A stretch of DNA of 64,000 nucleotides from Zygnema circumcarinatum SAG 698-1b (GCA_037447605.1 CM074811.1:2046001-2110000); one strand, 5' to 3'; shown: positions 13,552 through 24,900, numbered from the stretch's first letter. A program made the numbers and translations. Notes: a model not told the origin generated them from the letters alone.

Positions 13552-15774
13552 TCACTCAGTATCAAAGCCAAGATTCCAGAAGCCGTCGGGAGTTGACGGA
13601 GGCAAGTACTTGTAGCGGTGTCGAGAAGCATTCTGATGGTGTTCACATCTGTTTCCAAGAATACCCTCCGCATTCTCGTCCAAAACTGCACTATAAAACT
13701 GCTTGCAGGAGGTGCATTCTATTCCCTTCAAGACTTCCCTGTCAGCTTTCTTTCGAACCACTTCATGACATTTAAATGCTGAAGTTGGGGGCAACTCCCG
13801 GTTGAAAACTGAACCCTCACCGTGTCTTTTCTTCCCACTATCACTGGCCGTGACGCTGAGTTTATCATTCCGTTTCTGCCCACTAATCTGTGAAACATCA
13901 CACATAACGTCTTCACAAGCCACTGATTGATGGAGACGGAGCTCAGGAAGTGTACATCTGCTTGGAGAATTGCTCGCTGTCCCCCTACTTGAAAGGAGCA
14001 CGTCCCTAGCCTTGGGGACTGATGGCAATCCACTTAGATTTGAAGTCTCTGTCACATCTACTTCCCGAGTATGAACCAATTGCTGAGGTGCCACCAAACT
14101 CTGTCTATGTTGCCCATCTCCAAATCCATTTTCCGGAGCAACCACGTCCTGGACCATAGCCTCAGCTTGGACCGTCGCATGAAAAATGGCTTCCATTGCC
14201 ATATCCAAAGGTGTTGCCATAAAATCATCATGAAGATCAAGTTTGGTCGTTTTTGATTGACCTCCCATGCTCCTCGTAGTCCTCCACATTTTCCCCGAAG
14301 ACTTTTCAACTCTTGGCATGCTATTTTCATGCGACTTTTTAGCAGGGATTTCCAGAGGCACAGGCGCCTTAGGAACAGATTCAGATCCTTGTCGTTCCGT
14401 TTGGTCTTTAGTTGATAAGGAGTTCTCCCCAATTCCTTTGGCATGGCCATCAGAAAAACGACGAAACTGGTGGCTAGTGTCATCAATCAATGTTTCACCA
14501 TGACTACGAGACTTGCCGTTGATATTGGAGCCCTCAGAAGCTCTTCGTGTAGCTGATGGTAAGTTCACAGAATTAGTCTTCCTATAAGGAAGTAAGATAG
14601 ATGCCGCAGCCACCCGTTCCTGAGCTGTACTCCATACTTGAGGCTCCTCTCTCCCTTCTGACCCTCTGCTGCTTATCTGCAAAAGCTTTGGTTCAAGAAA
14701 CATTTCCTCATTATCCACATGCTCCTCATCCGCCCCCGTTAACTGCACAAATTTCTCCTTACTTGCTTGTATGGCGACTTTTTCCTCCTTATCAACTGAC
14801 TCCAGTCGTTCTATCTGATCTCTTGGAACGATGAACAAACTTCTCGCTGGATTTGGATCCAGAAGCTTTCCATTGGAGATTGTGACAGCTCCATTAGCTG
14901 CGAATACAAGATTGCCCTCACTATCGCAGTTTTGTTCATGAACACCGTCTTTTCCCATTTCCTCTCTCTCTTCCAGACTTCGTTTCCTTTTTGGTTCAGC
15001 TGCACTTCTCGATTCGCTCTTCAAAGACCTGCGACTGGCACTCTCAATGCTCTTCGCTTTGTTCAGCATACTGCCTAAGTGAGCCTGTCGCGATTTAACT
15101 TGCTGAGGAACAACCCGCTGCTTCGTTTTCATCCATTGACCCGAAGTTTGCTGCCCCTGTTCAGAGCCAAAAGTCAAGTTGCATTGTGCTGCACAGTGAC
15201 GCAGCAAGGAATGGTGCTCCTTCTGAATTTCCCTAAGCCGCTTCACAGCGCTTCTCGCTTGCCTCCCAGCCGCCTCACCAGCCTGTTTTTCGCGTTCCAA
15301 ATCCAACAGCAGCTGCTCTCGCCCTGCTTTTGACTCGCTGTCAAGAAGGAGGAAGTTTGTTTCTAGGCTGCGTATCTGTTCGCTGTGCGCTATGTCTTTC
15401 TTTTCCTGCTCTCGAAGAAGCTCTTGGTACTGCCTCTCAGATGCTGTGAGTGCCAACCTCACCTCCTCTATCAGCCGCCGGCCGTCCGCGTTTTCATCAG
15501 ACGCTTGCTGAGCCTGCTGAAGAAAATTGCTTTCCCTGCGCTTCCAGTATTCCTTGCAAGCCGCGTGCGCCTTCTCTTCCTCTCTCACGCGCCCTTCAAG
15601 AAACTCAATCTGAACTTGCACAGCCTGCACAAGCTCCCCCGCAAACCTCTCTTCCACCATTCGCACCTCCCTCGTGACCGCTGCAAGCCTCGTGCTGAAA
15701 TCACCTAGCTGCTCCCGCCATCCCTTGGCATCCCTGCTCGCAGAGCGAGCCTCCTCCACCTGCGCGGCAGCCAT
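13552..15774 (-). CDS. COM1: DNA end-resection factor COM1/SAE2/CtIP (GAMMA RESPONSE 1-like), single exon, 740 aa
   Basis: Uninterrupted 740-aa ORF with an N-terminal coiled coil and a C-terminal SAE2 domain: FKCHEVVRKKADREVLKGIECTSCKQFY...ASRHRYKYLPPSTPDGFWNLGF (CxxC and RHR motifs). Confidence 0.92.
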   Translation of the reverse strand: MAAAQVEEARSASRDAKGWREQLGDFSTRLAAVTREVRMVEERFAGELVQAVQVQIEFLEGRVREEEKAHAACKEYWKRRESNFLQQAQQASDENADGRRLIEEVRLALTASERQYQELLREQEKKDIAHSEQIRSLETNFLLLDSESKAGREQLLLDLEREKQAGEAAGRQARSAVKRLREIQKEHHSLLRHCAAQCNLTFGSEQGQQTSGQWMKTKQRVVPQQVKSRQAHLGSMLNKAKSIESASRRSLKSESRSAAEPKRKRSLEEREEMGKDGVHEQNCDSEGNLVFAANGAVTISNGKLLDPNPARSLFIVPRDQIERLESVDKEEKVAIQASKEKFVQLTGADEEHVDNEEMFLEPKLLQISSRGSEGREEPQVWSTAQERVAAASILLPYRKTNSVNLPSATRRASEGSNINGKSRSHGETLIDDTSHQFRRFSDGHAKGIGENSLSTKDQTERQGSESVPKAPVPLEIPAKKSHENSMPRVEKSSGKMWRTTRSMGGQSKTTKLDLHDDFMATPLDMAMEAIFHATVQAEAMVQDVVAPENGFGDGQHRQSLVAPQQLVHTREVDVTETSNLSGLPSVPKARDVLLSSRGTASNSPSRCTLPELRLHQSVACEDVMCDVSQISGQKRNDKLSVTASDSGKKRHGEGSVFNRELPPTSAFKCHEVVRKKADREVLKGIECTSCKQFYSAVLDENAEGILGNRCEHHQNASRHRYKYLPPSTPDGFWNLGFDTE

Positions 15775-16056
15775 GGCCGCCCCTCCGCCTCCTCATCGGC
15801 GCTCCTCTCTCCATTGCGAGCCATTCTCCATCACAATCCAATCGCGACTCGCCACGTAGGCTTGTGCATACGTGGCGAGTCCCCATTGGCTGAGGGATGC
15901 GCGACTGCCCAATGCAGATTGCAAACCAGCGTCCTCCGGTGGATGTCCTGTGCGTCCTTCGCGTCCGTCTGTGAGCCCTCGTGCGTCCTCCGAGTCCTGC
16001 ATGCTGCCTGCAGCGAAGCGGATGAAGGGGAGCTGCTGAGCAGAACGTTCTTCAAG
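15775..16056. promoter_or_regulatory. Putative bidirectional promoter between COM1 and the DnaJ zinc-finger gene
   Basis: The divergent ATGs are 282 bp apart and the spacer is GC-rich. Confidence 0.5.
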
Positions 16057-17689
16057 ATGGCAGCGCCCCCTCCTCTCTGCACCGTGAGGGCGCTCAAGGC
16101 AGGCTCAGGGCTCGCTCCTCTTCAGCTATCAAGTGGTTTTAGACCTCCGCTGCAGCTCCAGTGCAGGCCTCTCAGGGGCGTGGCAGGAGAGCTGAGAGTT
16201 TCGGCAAAACGAGATGTGTCAGTGAAGGCGCTGTTCGGCATTGGGAAGGGGAAAACGGTGAGGGTATCTGGCTGGTCAATGCTAGTGAAGGAATTCTGAG
16301 AAAGAGAATGCTTGGAGTCGTTGTGAAGATGGGTGCAAGTTTAACTTGTTTTTGAGCTGAAGGCACAGTCCAACATGCTCTGGACCCGCATGTATGCTTA
16401 TGTGAAATTTCCCTGCTTTTGAGACGACCTCTTTGCTCGTCTTACATTTTCTTCAAGATACGTGATTGGAGAAAATCAAGCATTAATTCAATCTAATTTA
16501 ATTTATCTCGTTAAAGTTGCATCAGCACTATTAGTGTCTGCAATTTACAGTGACATTAAGGCGACACCGACCTGGAGTTATATTGAAATGCACCTCATAA
16601 TTTTTTCTCGACGTATCAGAAAACGTGTCTTGCCACATTTAGCATTTTACACTTAGTGTATCAATGTATGTGGGTTATTGAGGGTTTAGAACCTACATTC
16701 TGCGTATGGAGCATCGTTACTGATGATTTTTTCTGACGAAATTCAAAACAGTGTGAGTTTTTAGGGGTGGAATGCCATTTCAAAAGTGTCTCCTTATCCA
16801 TAAAGTCGTAATCCAGTGGATTAAGTGCGTTCGTTGGAGACTCTCGCAGACATCTTCTGGCTGCAGTACCTGCAAAGGGAAAGGTGCTCTCACGTGCACC
16901 GGCTGCAAGGTTGGTGACCGGCCTTTTGTTGCTTGAAAAATGACCTTTGTGAAAACTGAAAACTTTGTGAAACTGTGTTGGCGAGTTCATGGAAGCAAAT
17001 AAACCTTCGCGTGTCTTAATAAAGTGATGTTTCAATGTCTGAATGCTCACTTTCCTGACCTGGTCGAGCACTGATGGCCGCTTATGAACATATTCTTTGT
17101 CGATCACAGCCAAGAGTGAAAGGATTTTTGTCCTAATGAGCGAAGGCTGTTTTGCGTGCTGGTTTGGTTGCCATGATTTACCAGTGCTAGTTCTTTTCAA
17201 ACTAAATCCTGGTTCTTTGGCTAACCTGCCGAAAGTAATGGTGGTCTGATTACTCTCGGGAAGCTGGCTGACAGGGGACGGGTAGGAACAAAAAGAATGG
17301 AAATATGTTTGAGCGCTGGAAGTGAGTGCAGCTGCTCTATTTTCTTTAAAATCCATGCTATGGATTCAATGCCATTATGAAACTTGCATCGTGCTGTAAC
17401 TTCGGCAAACCTGCTGCTGTTTGATATGGTCTCAGTGGGGAGTGCAAGTGATGTTTCCAACTTTTGCCGTTCTCAGCTTCTTTTCTTGTATGGAGTGAAG
17501 TAGCTGACAAGCTGAAGCGACTTTTGAATCATAAATGCTTCATATTGATCGCCTGCTGGCATCGAATGTATGATGTGATCAATTTGAATTTGGCCGGGCA
17601 GGTGCTTCGACTGCCAAGGCTTCGGCCTTGTGAGCTGCCCCAGTTGCGGCACGGGGGGGCTCACGCCGGAGCAGCGCGGGGAGCGTTAG
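16057..17689 (+). CDS. Plastid-targeted DnaJ/Hsp40 cysteine-rich (CxxCxGxG) zinc-finger protein, 5 exons
   Basis: Transit-peptide-like exon 1 MAAPPPLCTVRALKAGSG...KALFGIGKGKT, followed by exons ENAWSRCEDGC (~16300-16338), TCKGKGALTCTGCK (~16867-16909), GTGRNKKNGNMFERWK (~17275-17321) and CFDCQGFGLVSCPSCGTGGLTPEQRGER with TAG at 17687-17689. GT-AG boundaries seen. Confidence 0.88.
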
Positions 17690-18649
17690 GCGCCACGGTT
17701 CTCATTCTCTGTAGAAAAGTCCAAAAGAGTTTCCAATGCAAACTCTACATTAGGCCACGACTGCGGTCATCTTGCATGTTTTTTTTTTGCTTTTTTTTAA
17801 TTCTGTTTATTTTGTGTGTTTACCCAGATTGTTTCTTTTGGTTGGGCACAACTGTCCGTGCCCGTGCGCCCCACAGCCCAAAGTTTTTGGTGATAAGATT
17901 TAACGTGTCGAGGGGGCCTAACAAAGTGGGTCGTGCTTGGCCACCGCCAGCTAGCCAGGTTGGACTCAGGCTGAAAGATGGTCTTTATGAAATTTTGTTG
18001 GTTCTAGGCGTACGGCAGACGTAGGCAGCTGCATGCATGCATGGCCTCGCAGAGAGAGGCAGGCTCTGAGGAAAACCCGCAGAGTGGCTGCTTGCCGGGA
18101 GAAGAACTGAATCACGGGCAGCACCGCACCTTGTTTTTGTCACCGTCCATACCAAGTCGCCGCTTTCGAGCGAGTCTCCCTCCCTCTATCTCTCCCCCTC
18201 TCGTTCTCTCTCACCCTCTCCCCCTCCCTCTCCAGTCAGTCAGGGCGAGCGTGCCCTGCCCCTGCTCTGCCCCAGTGCCGGACCGCACTCGCGCACTCAC
18301 GGCACTCGGAGCACTGCACTTTGTAGTCGATAAGTTGCCAGCCCGCTTACGTCATCGCTCACTGCCGGTTTGCGGTTAGCGGTTTACGGTTTGCGGTTTG
18401 CTGTTTGGAGGCGGGCGTCGGCCGCTGTCGGCGCGTGATAAAGGAAGGCGGGCGTCCACCGTCCGCCGTACGTCTCCCGTCCGCCGTACGTCGCACGTCG
18501 TGGGCAGGCGCGTTTAGCGGACTAATACGGACACAGCGTTCGTCAATTCGTTATTCAACGTTCGCAATTCGCCGAAATTCGGGAATTTGCGAATCCAGAA
18601 TGCGCTCGGCTGGAATTTTCGGTTTTTCGGTTCGAATGGGCATGGTATA

Positions 18650-18790
18650 CATAGTGCGACACTTTTCTCATAGTGCGACGCGCACGCGACACATAGCGTC
18701 GCACTTTGGACATTGGGTCGGACTGACTATAGCCGAGGGATCCCTTGTGCCTCGCGTCGCATGCGCTGCGTCGCATGACGTCGCACTATG
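18650..18790. mobile_element. 141-bp MITE-like element with 11-bp TIR and 5-bp TSD
   Basis: CATAGTGCGAC (18650-18660) and GTCGCACTATG (18780-18790) are a perfect inverted repeat. GTATA flanks both sides (18645-18649 and 18791-18795). Internal GCGAC/GTCGC subrepeats are present. Confidence 0.7.
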
Positions 18791-19275
18791 GTATAGCCCA
18801 TGTGTCGCAGAGTCACGCCCGTCACGAGCGGACTTGGAAGCGATCGGCTCCTGATTGGTCGCGTGCTGACGTGACGCGTGTCCGTACGGCGATACCTTCC
18901 CCAAAATCACTTTTGGCGCGGCCTCCCCGTGCCGCGGTCCGCCGAACAGTACGGACACACGGTCCCTTGAAAACGATGAAAAGCGGCGAGCGTTGACTTG
19001 AGGAGTCAACAGACTTCGGGTAAGGGCCACCAGCTGGCAGTTGCACTTTTGTCGCGTTTCGAAGTTTGTATCGTATCGCCAGACGGTACGGCACGATACG
19101 ATACGGTTCGCCTCATTGTGGCTCAAAGGCCCATTGTAAAGTGAAGCACTTCAACTTCTTCTTGTTGTCCTTTCCAAGCCGCCTTTGAGGCAAAGCTCTT
19201 CCATACAAGTGTGATTGTTGTTGCTAGAGGCGATGCTCGCCTCCGTGGGTTGAACGATCGGCAGACAGAATGGGG

Positions 19276-19440
19276 GCTGCATTGCAGCTCTCTCTCTCCC
19301 CCCCTCTCTCTCTCTCTCCCTCTCCCTCTCCCCCTCTCTCTCTCCCCCTCTCTCTCTCTCTCTCCCTCTCCCCCTCTCTCTCTCCCCCTCTCTCTCTCCC
19401 TTTCTCTCCCCCCTCTATCTCTCTCTCTCTCTCTCTCTCT
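19276..19440. repeat. CT-rich microsatellite
   Basis: (CT)n/(CCCTCT)n tract. It produces spurious ER/GE and SL/SP ORFs. Confidence 0.9.
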
Positions 19441-20030
19441 GCATTGAGATCCCATGATGAAAGAAAGACTCGCTTTGCAAATCGCGAGGGCAAGTTTCCC
19501 TTGCTGCTTCCTTGTTCAATCGCAGACAGACAGACAGACAGCTCCAGTGAAGCTTTTCTAGAGTACAACAGAATGGGATTCTAGGGTTTCCGTGGCCCGG
19601 TAGAGGCACATACCAATGGTACAACACCTATCCTATGCTAATTAATAATAATGGAGGAAGCGAGGAGCTTCTCCGCTATAGTAGTATATCCCGCCCTTAA
19701 ACCCGCACTTACTATTATCTATCTCTCTGCTTCCTTCGAATTGGTATCGAAAAAAAATTCAAATCGAAATAATTACCCTACGTCCCTACCTCAGCCAACC
19801 CTGCTAGTCTACAATCAATCAAGAGCAGCTCCACGATCAGGGAGCTGCGTTGCCTCTCCTGCTCTCTCTGTCTGCCCTACCGACGACTCCTTTAAAAGAC
19901 AGTGCAAAACCTAAATCTCGCAACTGAATTTTCTCCACGTATGCAGTGGAGCTTATTCTGCAGTAAGTGCAGGTAAGAAAAGTCAAAAAAAATGCCCCAC
20001 ATCCGCTTTAAGGAATGTTTGAGCCCCCAT

Positions 20031-20146
20031 TGCTTCCTTCCCTCTCCCTCTCCCTCTCCCTGTCCCTCTCCCTCTCCCTCTCCCTCTCCCTGTCCCTCTC
20101 CCTCTCCCTCTCCCTCTCCCACTCCCTCTCCATCTCCCTCTCCCTT
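20031..20146. repeat. (CCCTCT)n hexamer repeat downstream of the GH10 stop
   Basis: Tandem ccctct/ccctgt units seen directly. Confidence 0.9.
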
Positions 20147-20165
20147 CCTAAGACAGAGTGCCCTT

Positions 20166-23100
20166 TCACATGGGTAGAGTCAACGTGATTTGGGAGAGGT
20201 CGGTCCCTTTCGGCACATCAAACCAGAGCTCAAAATTCTTTTTCTTGTACGTTATTCTGGCGCGATATCGCCCAAAGAATCCTCGAAACCTAATCGATCC
20301 GTTCGTGCTCGAATAAACCTTCAGATGGCTCGACCACTCCTTCCTGAGCCGCACGAACCTGCACGGCGGCAAAAGCAGCAGCAACCCTCGTCTAAGGACA
20401 TTCCAAACATAATAATAAACCATAAACTCGAAAAAAAACAACACTCTTTCCAAACGTCCTGTCGACAACAGTGACTAAATATATATATAAAAAAAAAGAA
20501 AAAAAAAAAAATCTGACTGATGGGTTGCCACTCACCTCTCTCCTATGGGGCGATCGTTCCAATTGGAGTCGACGAAGCAGGTGGTGCATTCGGTGACGCA
20601 CTTGCTCGCGTCCACGCTCGCCCACACCTTGCAGGGAGGGCGGGCCACCTCCCACTGCATGATGCCCTGCACCGCGGGGTGGGAGAAGGCCTCCCTCATC
20701 ACCACCTCGAAGTAGTTCGCCTGCAGGAGGGGGTCGCTCTGCCAAATGTCCAACTCCGTTATCCACACGGGCAGCCCCGCGGTCTGCAGGATGTCAAGCT
20801 CGGCCTTGATCCGCGCCTGCAGGGGGAGGGGGGAGGGAGAGGGGGGCGGAGATTGGTGTCAGAATGAGGAAGGAGAGCGGACGGAGAGGGGAAGAAGAGA
20901 GAGAGAGGAAGGAGAGAGGAAGGAGAGAGGAAGGAGAGAGGAAGGAGGAAGGAGAGAGGAGAGAGAGGAAGGAGAGAGGAAGGAGAGAGGAAGGAGAGAG
21001 GAAGGAGAGAGGAAGGAGAGAGGAAGGAGAGAGGAAGGAGAGAGGAAGGAGAGGAAGGAGAGAGGAAGGAGAGAGGAAGGAGAGAGGAAGGAGAGAGGAA
21101 GGAGAGAGGAAGGAGAGAGGAAGGAGAGAGGAAGGAGAGAGGAAGGAGTGGGGATACTGTGGAAGAGGTAGGGGAGGATACACGGCAGTTAAGGGATGCA
21201 AAAGTTACGGCTGGTTGAGACTTGTGATGAAGCCAGTGAAGCTTTCAAGGAGGAATCGAATCCTACGGCGAGTTCAAATTGCATCAAGAGGCGTGAACTC
21301 ACCCCGTTTGGGATGCTTCGGAAATGGCTTTGGGTACCGATGATATCCACATCGGCTCCATAAGCCTGCAGCTCTCTCACAGCCTGCATTATCCCCACCG
21401 GAGCCCTCCGATCTCAGCTCTCCTGTTGTGTGTGTGTGTGTGTGCCCTGCAACTATTAACAAAAAATCCAGCTTTCACACTCTTGCCATCCTGATTGACC
21501 TTTTCATTCAAGCCCCATGAAAAGTCCCCACTTGCCTGAACTGCAATCTCGCCGTTTGCATTCTTGTCCCTGTACTCCTCGATGAGATTGTAGTCGTTGA
21601 AGACGGTCTGCACTTTGGGGTCGAGTGCTTTTGCGACCCGAAACATCCAACTGTTGATGGACCGGTTGAAGCGAGTCTCATAGAAGCTGCCATGCAGCAG
21701 CTCGTTGTTCACATCCCAGTGCCGCACTCGCCCCTTGAACCTCTTCACAACGGAGTCAAGCCTCCCCTGCACGGCCGCCATAAGGTCGGCCTTTCCGAGC
21801 CTCTGCCCCATCCAAGCCGCACGCATCCAATATGACTGACGGACTGACTGATTGACTGGCTAATGACTAATGTGACTGACTGGCTTCCTTCCTCTCTCTC
21901 TGTCTCTCTCTCTCTCTCTGCTTCTCCTCCCACTCTCTTCACGGTCTCCGCTCCCTCTTGCCTCCCCCACCCCGGGAAACAGGAACACAGCAGAATGGAT
22001 GGCGAAGTCTCACCTGCACCCACTGCTGCACATAGCTCACATCGTCCCAGAATATGCAGTGCCCTCGGACGTTCTGTCCCATGCTTTGCAGCACCGCCAT
22101 GGTGTCGTCTGCATCTTTGAAGTTCACGTCTCCCTTCCACCGCTCGTTCACATACCATTTCATTTCGTTCTCAAGGACCGACCAGGTGAAGCGCTTTCCA
22201 TGCCACTGCGTATTATATTCCCTCCCCCCATCCCCACCAGCGGGTTGTGTCAGCCATGGCTTCCACGTGAGCATCTCAGCCGCCTCTCCACCCTCTTCTG
22301 ACTCCCCCACTTCCCTATCCATTCCCTCTCCCTCTCTCTCTCTCCCCTCTATCTCTCCCCCAAATACTACAGTGAGTTTTTACCTTCTGCCACTCTGGCG
22401 ACTTCGCAAACCCCCCGGAAACTGCTGCTCCAAAAGGGAAGTCCGAAACTTTCTGGTCGATGACCGCCCATGCGCGCACTGCCGGCTGCCCACTCTTCAG
22501 TTTGATGCGAACAAGCACATCGCGCTTGCGAAACTGCCCGCAACCCCGCCCATTTGGGTCAACAGCTGACCATTTTTTCAACATTTTAAGGCCATTTGCT
22601 AGCAAGCTTCTCTGATAAATCGCGTAAAAACAAGCCTCTAACTTCAGCTCTTCAACCAGAGCGGTCCATGGCATTCTTTCTCCAATCGATCTTCCTCCTT
22701 TCCCATCAAACCACTCAATCTGTCTGTCACATCTAAACGTGAAAGCTACCCTTCAACCCAAACAAACCACCTCCGTTCAACCACAGCAACCCCCCAAAAA
22801 AAGTGCCCCCCCACTATCCTTTCCCCCCTCCTCACCTGATTGATCCGAATGTTTTGCTGCTTCTTCCACTTGGCATCCACTACTGGCGTAAGGGCGAAGC
22901 TGGAGAGCATCAAGGAGCGGTCCTGGGGGGGGCCCTCCAGTCGGAGGGAGACGTCTCTCCTGCTCACCACTGTGAAGCCTCCCTCAAGCCGCGTCCAACA
23001 CTGCGCTTTGCCGACCCCCGTAGCCGCAGTGCGCGGCCGATCCTCATCCTCCGGAGAGTCAACAGTCACTCTCACAGGGCTCTGCCCCTCCCCTCCCAGC

Positions 23101-23604
23101 TTCACCCACCCACTGATTTTGTAGTTTCCAGCGACGAGTTTGTCGAATTTCTGCACACATTAAAAAAAAAAAAAAAAACCCAAGGCATAGATAGAGCGTG
23201 TCAAACTGGTGTCTTCTGACCGCTCGTGGTTCTTAGCATGAAGGTGAAATTAAGACAAAAATCGAGAAAGGGAGGATGATGATCACCAGCACGGGGCCGT
23301 CGGCATCGCTTGTTCGTCCAGTGACTTCAAGGTACGGTCCGTCGCTGCTCGATTTTAGAGTCACTGTGGCGCTGCTGTCTGACTCCCACGCAGCGAGCTT
23401 GCTCACTGTCTGGGATCCAATTCTGTATCGAGGCAGCATGTTTTCGGGGGGCGGGTCGTCTGGAGAGCCTTGGCACTGCAGCAGCAGATTAATGGTAATG
23501 GATTAAAACAAAAGGGTTCACGTCAAACCTGATTATAGAACTAAGTTGGGATTCCAGGAGCTCGCATAGAGTCTCAGGCTCAGACTTTAAGAGAGAGAGA
23601 GAGA

Positions 23605-23636
<32 letters not shown>

Positions 23637-24119
23637 AATGAGAGAGATGAGAGTGTCTGTCACGTAAGCACGTCCTTTTCTACGGTGAGACCTGCCCCCG
23701 CATCGCATTGGAGCTCCACACAAGGGGCCGCCACTCCCCTGTCCTGCAATGCTGCATTGCGGGCTGCTCCGCGCGGGCACAAAGAGCACTCACGAGAGTG
23801 TTCGCCTTCTCCGCGACCATCCGTCTCAGTGCGGACTCCGCATCCTCCACTGCCGCGGCGAGCCCTATCTCCTTCTTCCTGCGCTGCTGCAGCACCTCCT
23901 CCGCAGCGCCTGCACACGCACACACACACACACAGCCGCCTCCCTCTCGCTCAGTGCCGCCACCTCCCCATCCAACCCAGCCACAGGCAGCAGCAACATC
24001 CAATCAACCTTAGCCACTTCAACACGAGGCAGCGAGCCAGCCCGGGCTTCCTCACCCAGCGCGGTACAAAGGAGCGCCCCCAGCAACAGCAGCAAAAGCG
24101 ATCCGCGGGGGGCCGCCAT
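20166..24119 (-). CDS. Secreted endo-1,4-beta-xylanase, glycoside hydrolase family 10, with an N-terminal CBM4_9/CBM22-like module, multi-exon
   Basis: Signal peptide [22 protein letters not shown] and CBM-like [10 protein letters not shown]...CWTRLEGGF...LEGPP. GH10 motifs [27 protein letters not shown] (acid/base Glu), FNDYN, IGTQSHF, VWITELD (nucleophile Glu) and FRGFFGRY. Stop at 20166. Confidence 0.93.
20868..21148. repeat. Intronic 11-bp tandem repeat (GAGGAAGGAGA)n in the GH10 gene
   Basis: About 20 or more near-perfect copies, lying between GH10 exons IPNGV and QARIKAEL. Confidence 0.92.
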
Positions 24120-24299
24120 GGATCCCCTCCTCTCTCCCTCCTTTTCCCTCCCTCCCTCCCTCTCCTTCTCCCTCTCCCTCTCCCTCTTCCTCTCCCTCTC
24201 CCTCTCCCTCTCCTTCTCCCTTTCCCTCCCCCTCCCGCCGGCGGCCCTTTAATTCGAAGAGGGCGCGCGGCAACCGCCGCCCGAACGCGCGCACTCGCT

Positions 24300-24900
24300 C
24301 CGTACACTTGTACGTACACGAAAGTTACAAGCCAAATATTTTCCTCGGCGGATCCGGATCACACTACATTGCCGTACAACCGTACAGTTGTTGACCGTAT
24401 GAATTTTTGCCGTACTGTACGGTAATATACGGATGCGCCAATAGCAACGGCCACTTGAACGGAAAAGCCCACGCGCCGCGCAATCGGCGGGGGCGCATAA
24501 GGGAGGGGTTCCATGGAGGCAGTTCCGTTCCGCAGTCAACGGGCGAATGAGCCAATGAGGAGGCAGGGTGTGTCGGTACCGTACGGCGGTGAAGATAGGA
24601 CCAGACGGGCGGCAGCAGTGTCGTTTTGCGGAAAAAATAGTCGGTGGGGTGTCGGCGCGGTGAGAATCTCGAGATGAGATCCGGAAAATCGGGCCGATCC
24701 TGGCCGTCGGATGGGCCGTGGGGGGCTCATGGCTGCTTTTGGCTTCTTGTGCGGCGCGGAGGGGTTCGCACGGGCGATCGGAAACGCACTGTGCGAGTGC
24801 GACTGCGGGAGTAAAGGCCGCCGATTCTCCGTACGGTACGGATGGATGGGTCAGGGCGGCAGGATACGATCGTACGGACGTAGTGGGTAAGTCGTACGGG
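24300..24900. mobile_element. CCGTAC/GTACGG-rich non-autonomous element with imperfect CACTA-like ends (24362-24885)
   Basis: 13 GTAC sites in about 600 bp by manual count. Left end CACTACATTGCCGTAC and right end GTACGGACGTAGTG. The 3-bp flanks do not match (TCA vs GGT). Confidence 0.4.

Noticed and set aside
16661-17356. 231-aa minus-strand ORF as a nested gene or transposase
   Set aside because: It has no recognisable motif and lies antisense across introns and small exons of the DnaJ zinc-finger gene.
20746-21343. ERGRREEG-repeat ORFs
   Set aside because: They are translations of the 11-bp intronic repeat in the GH10 gene.
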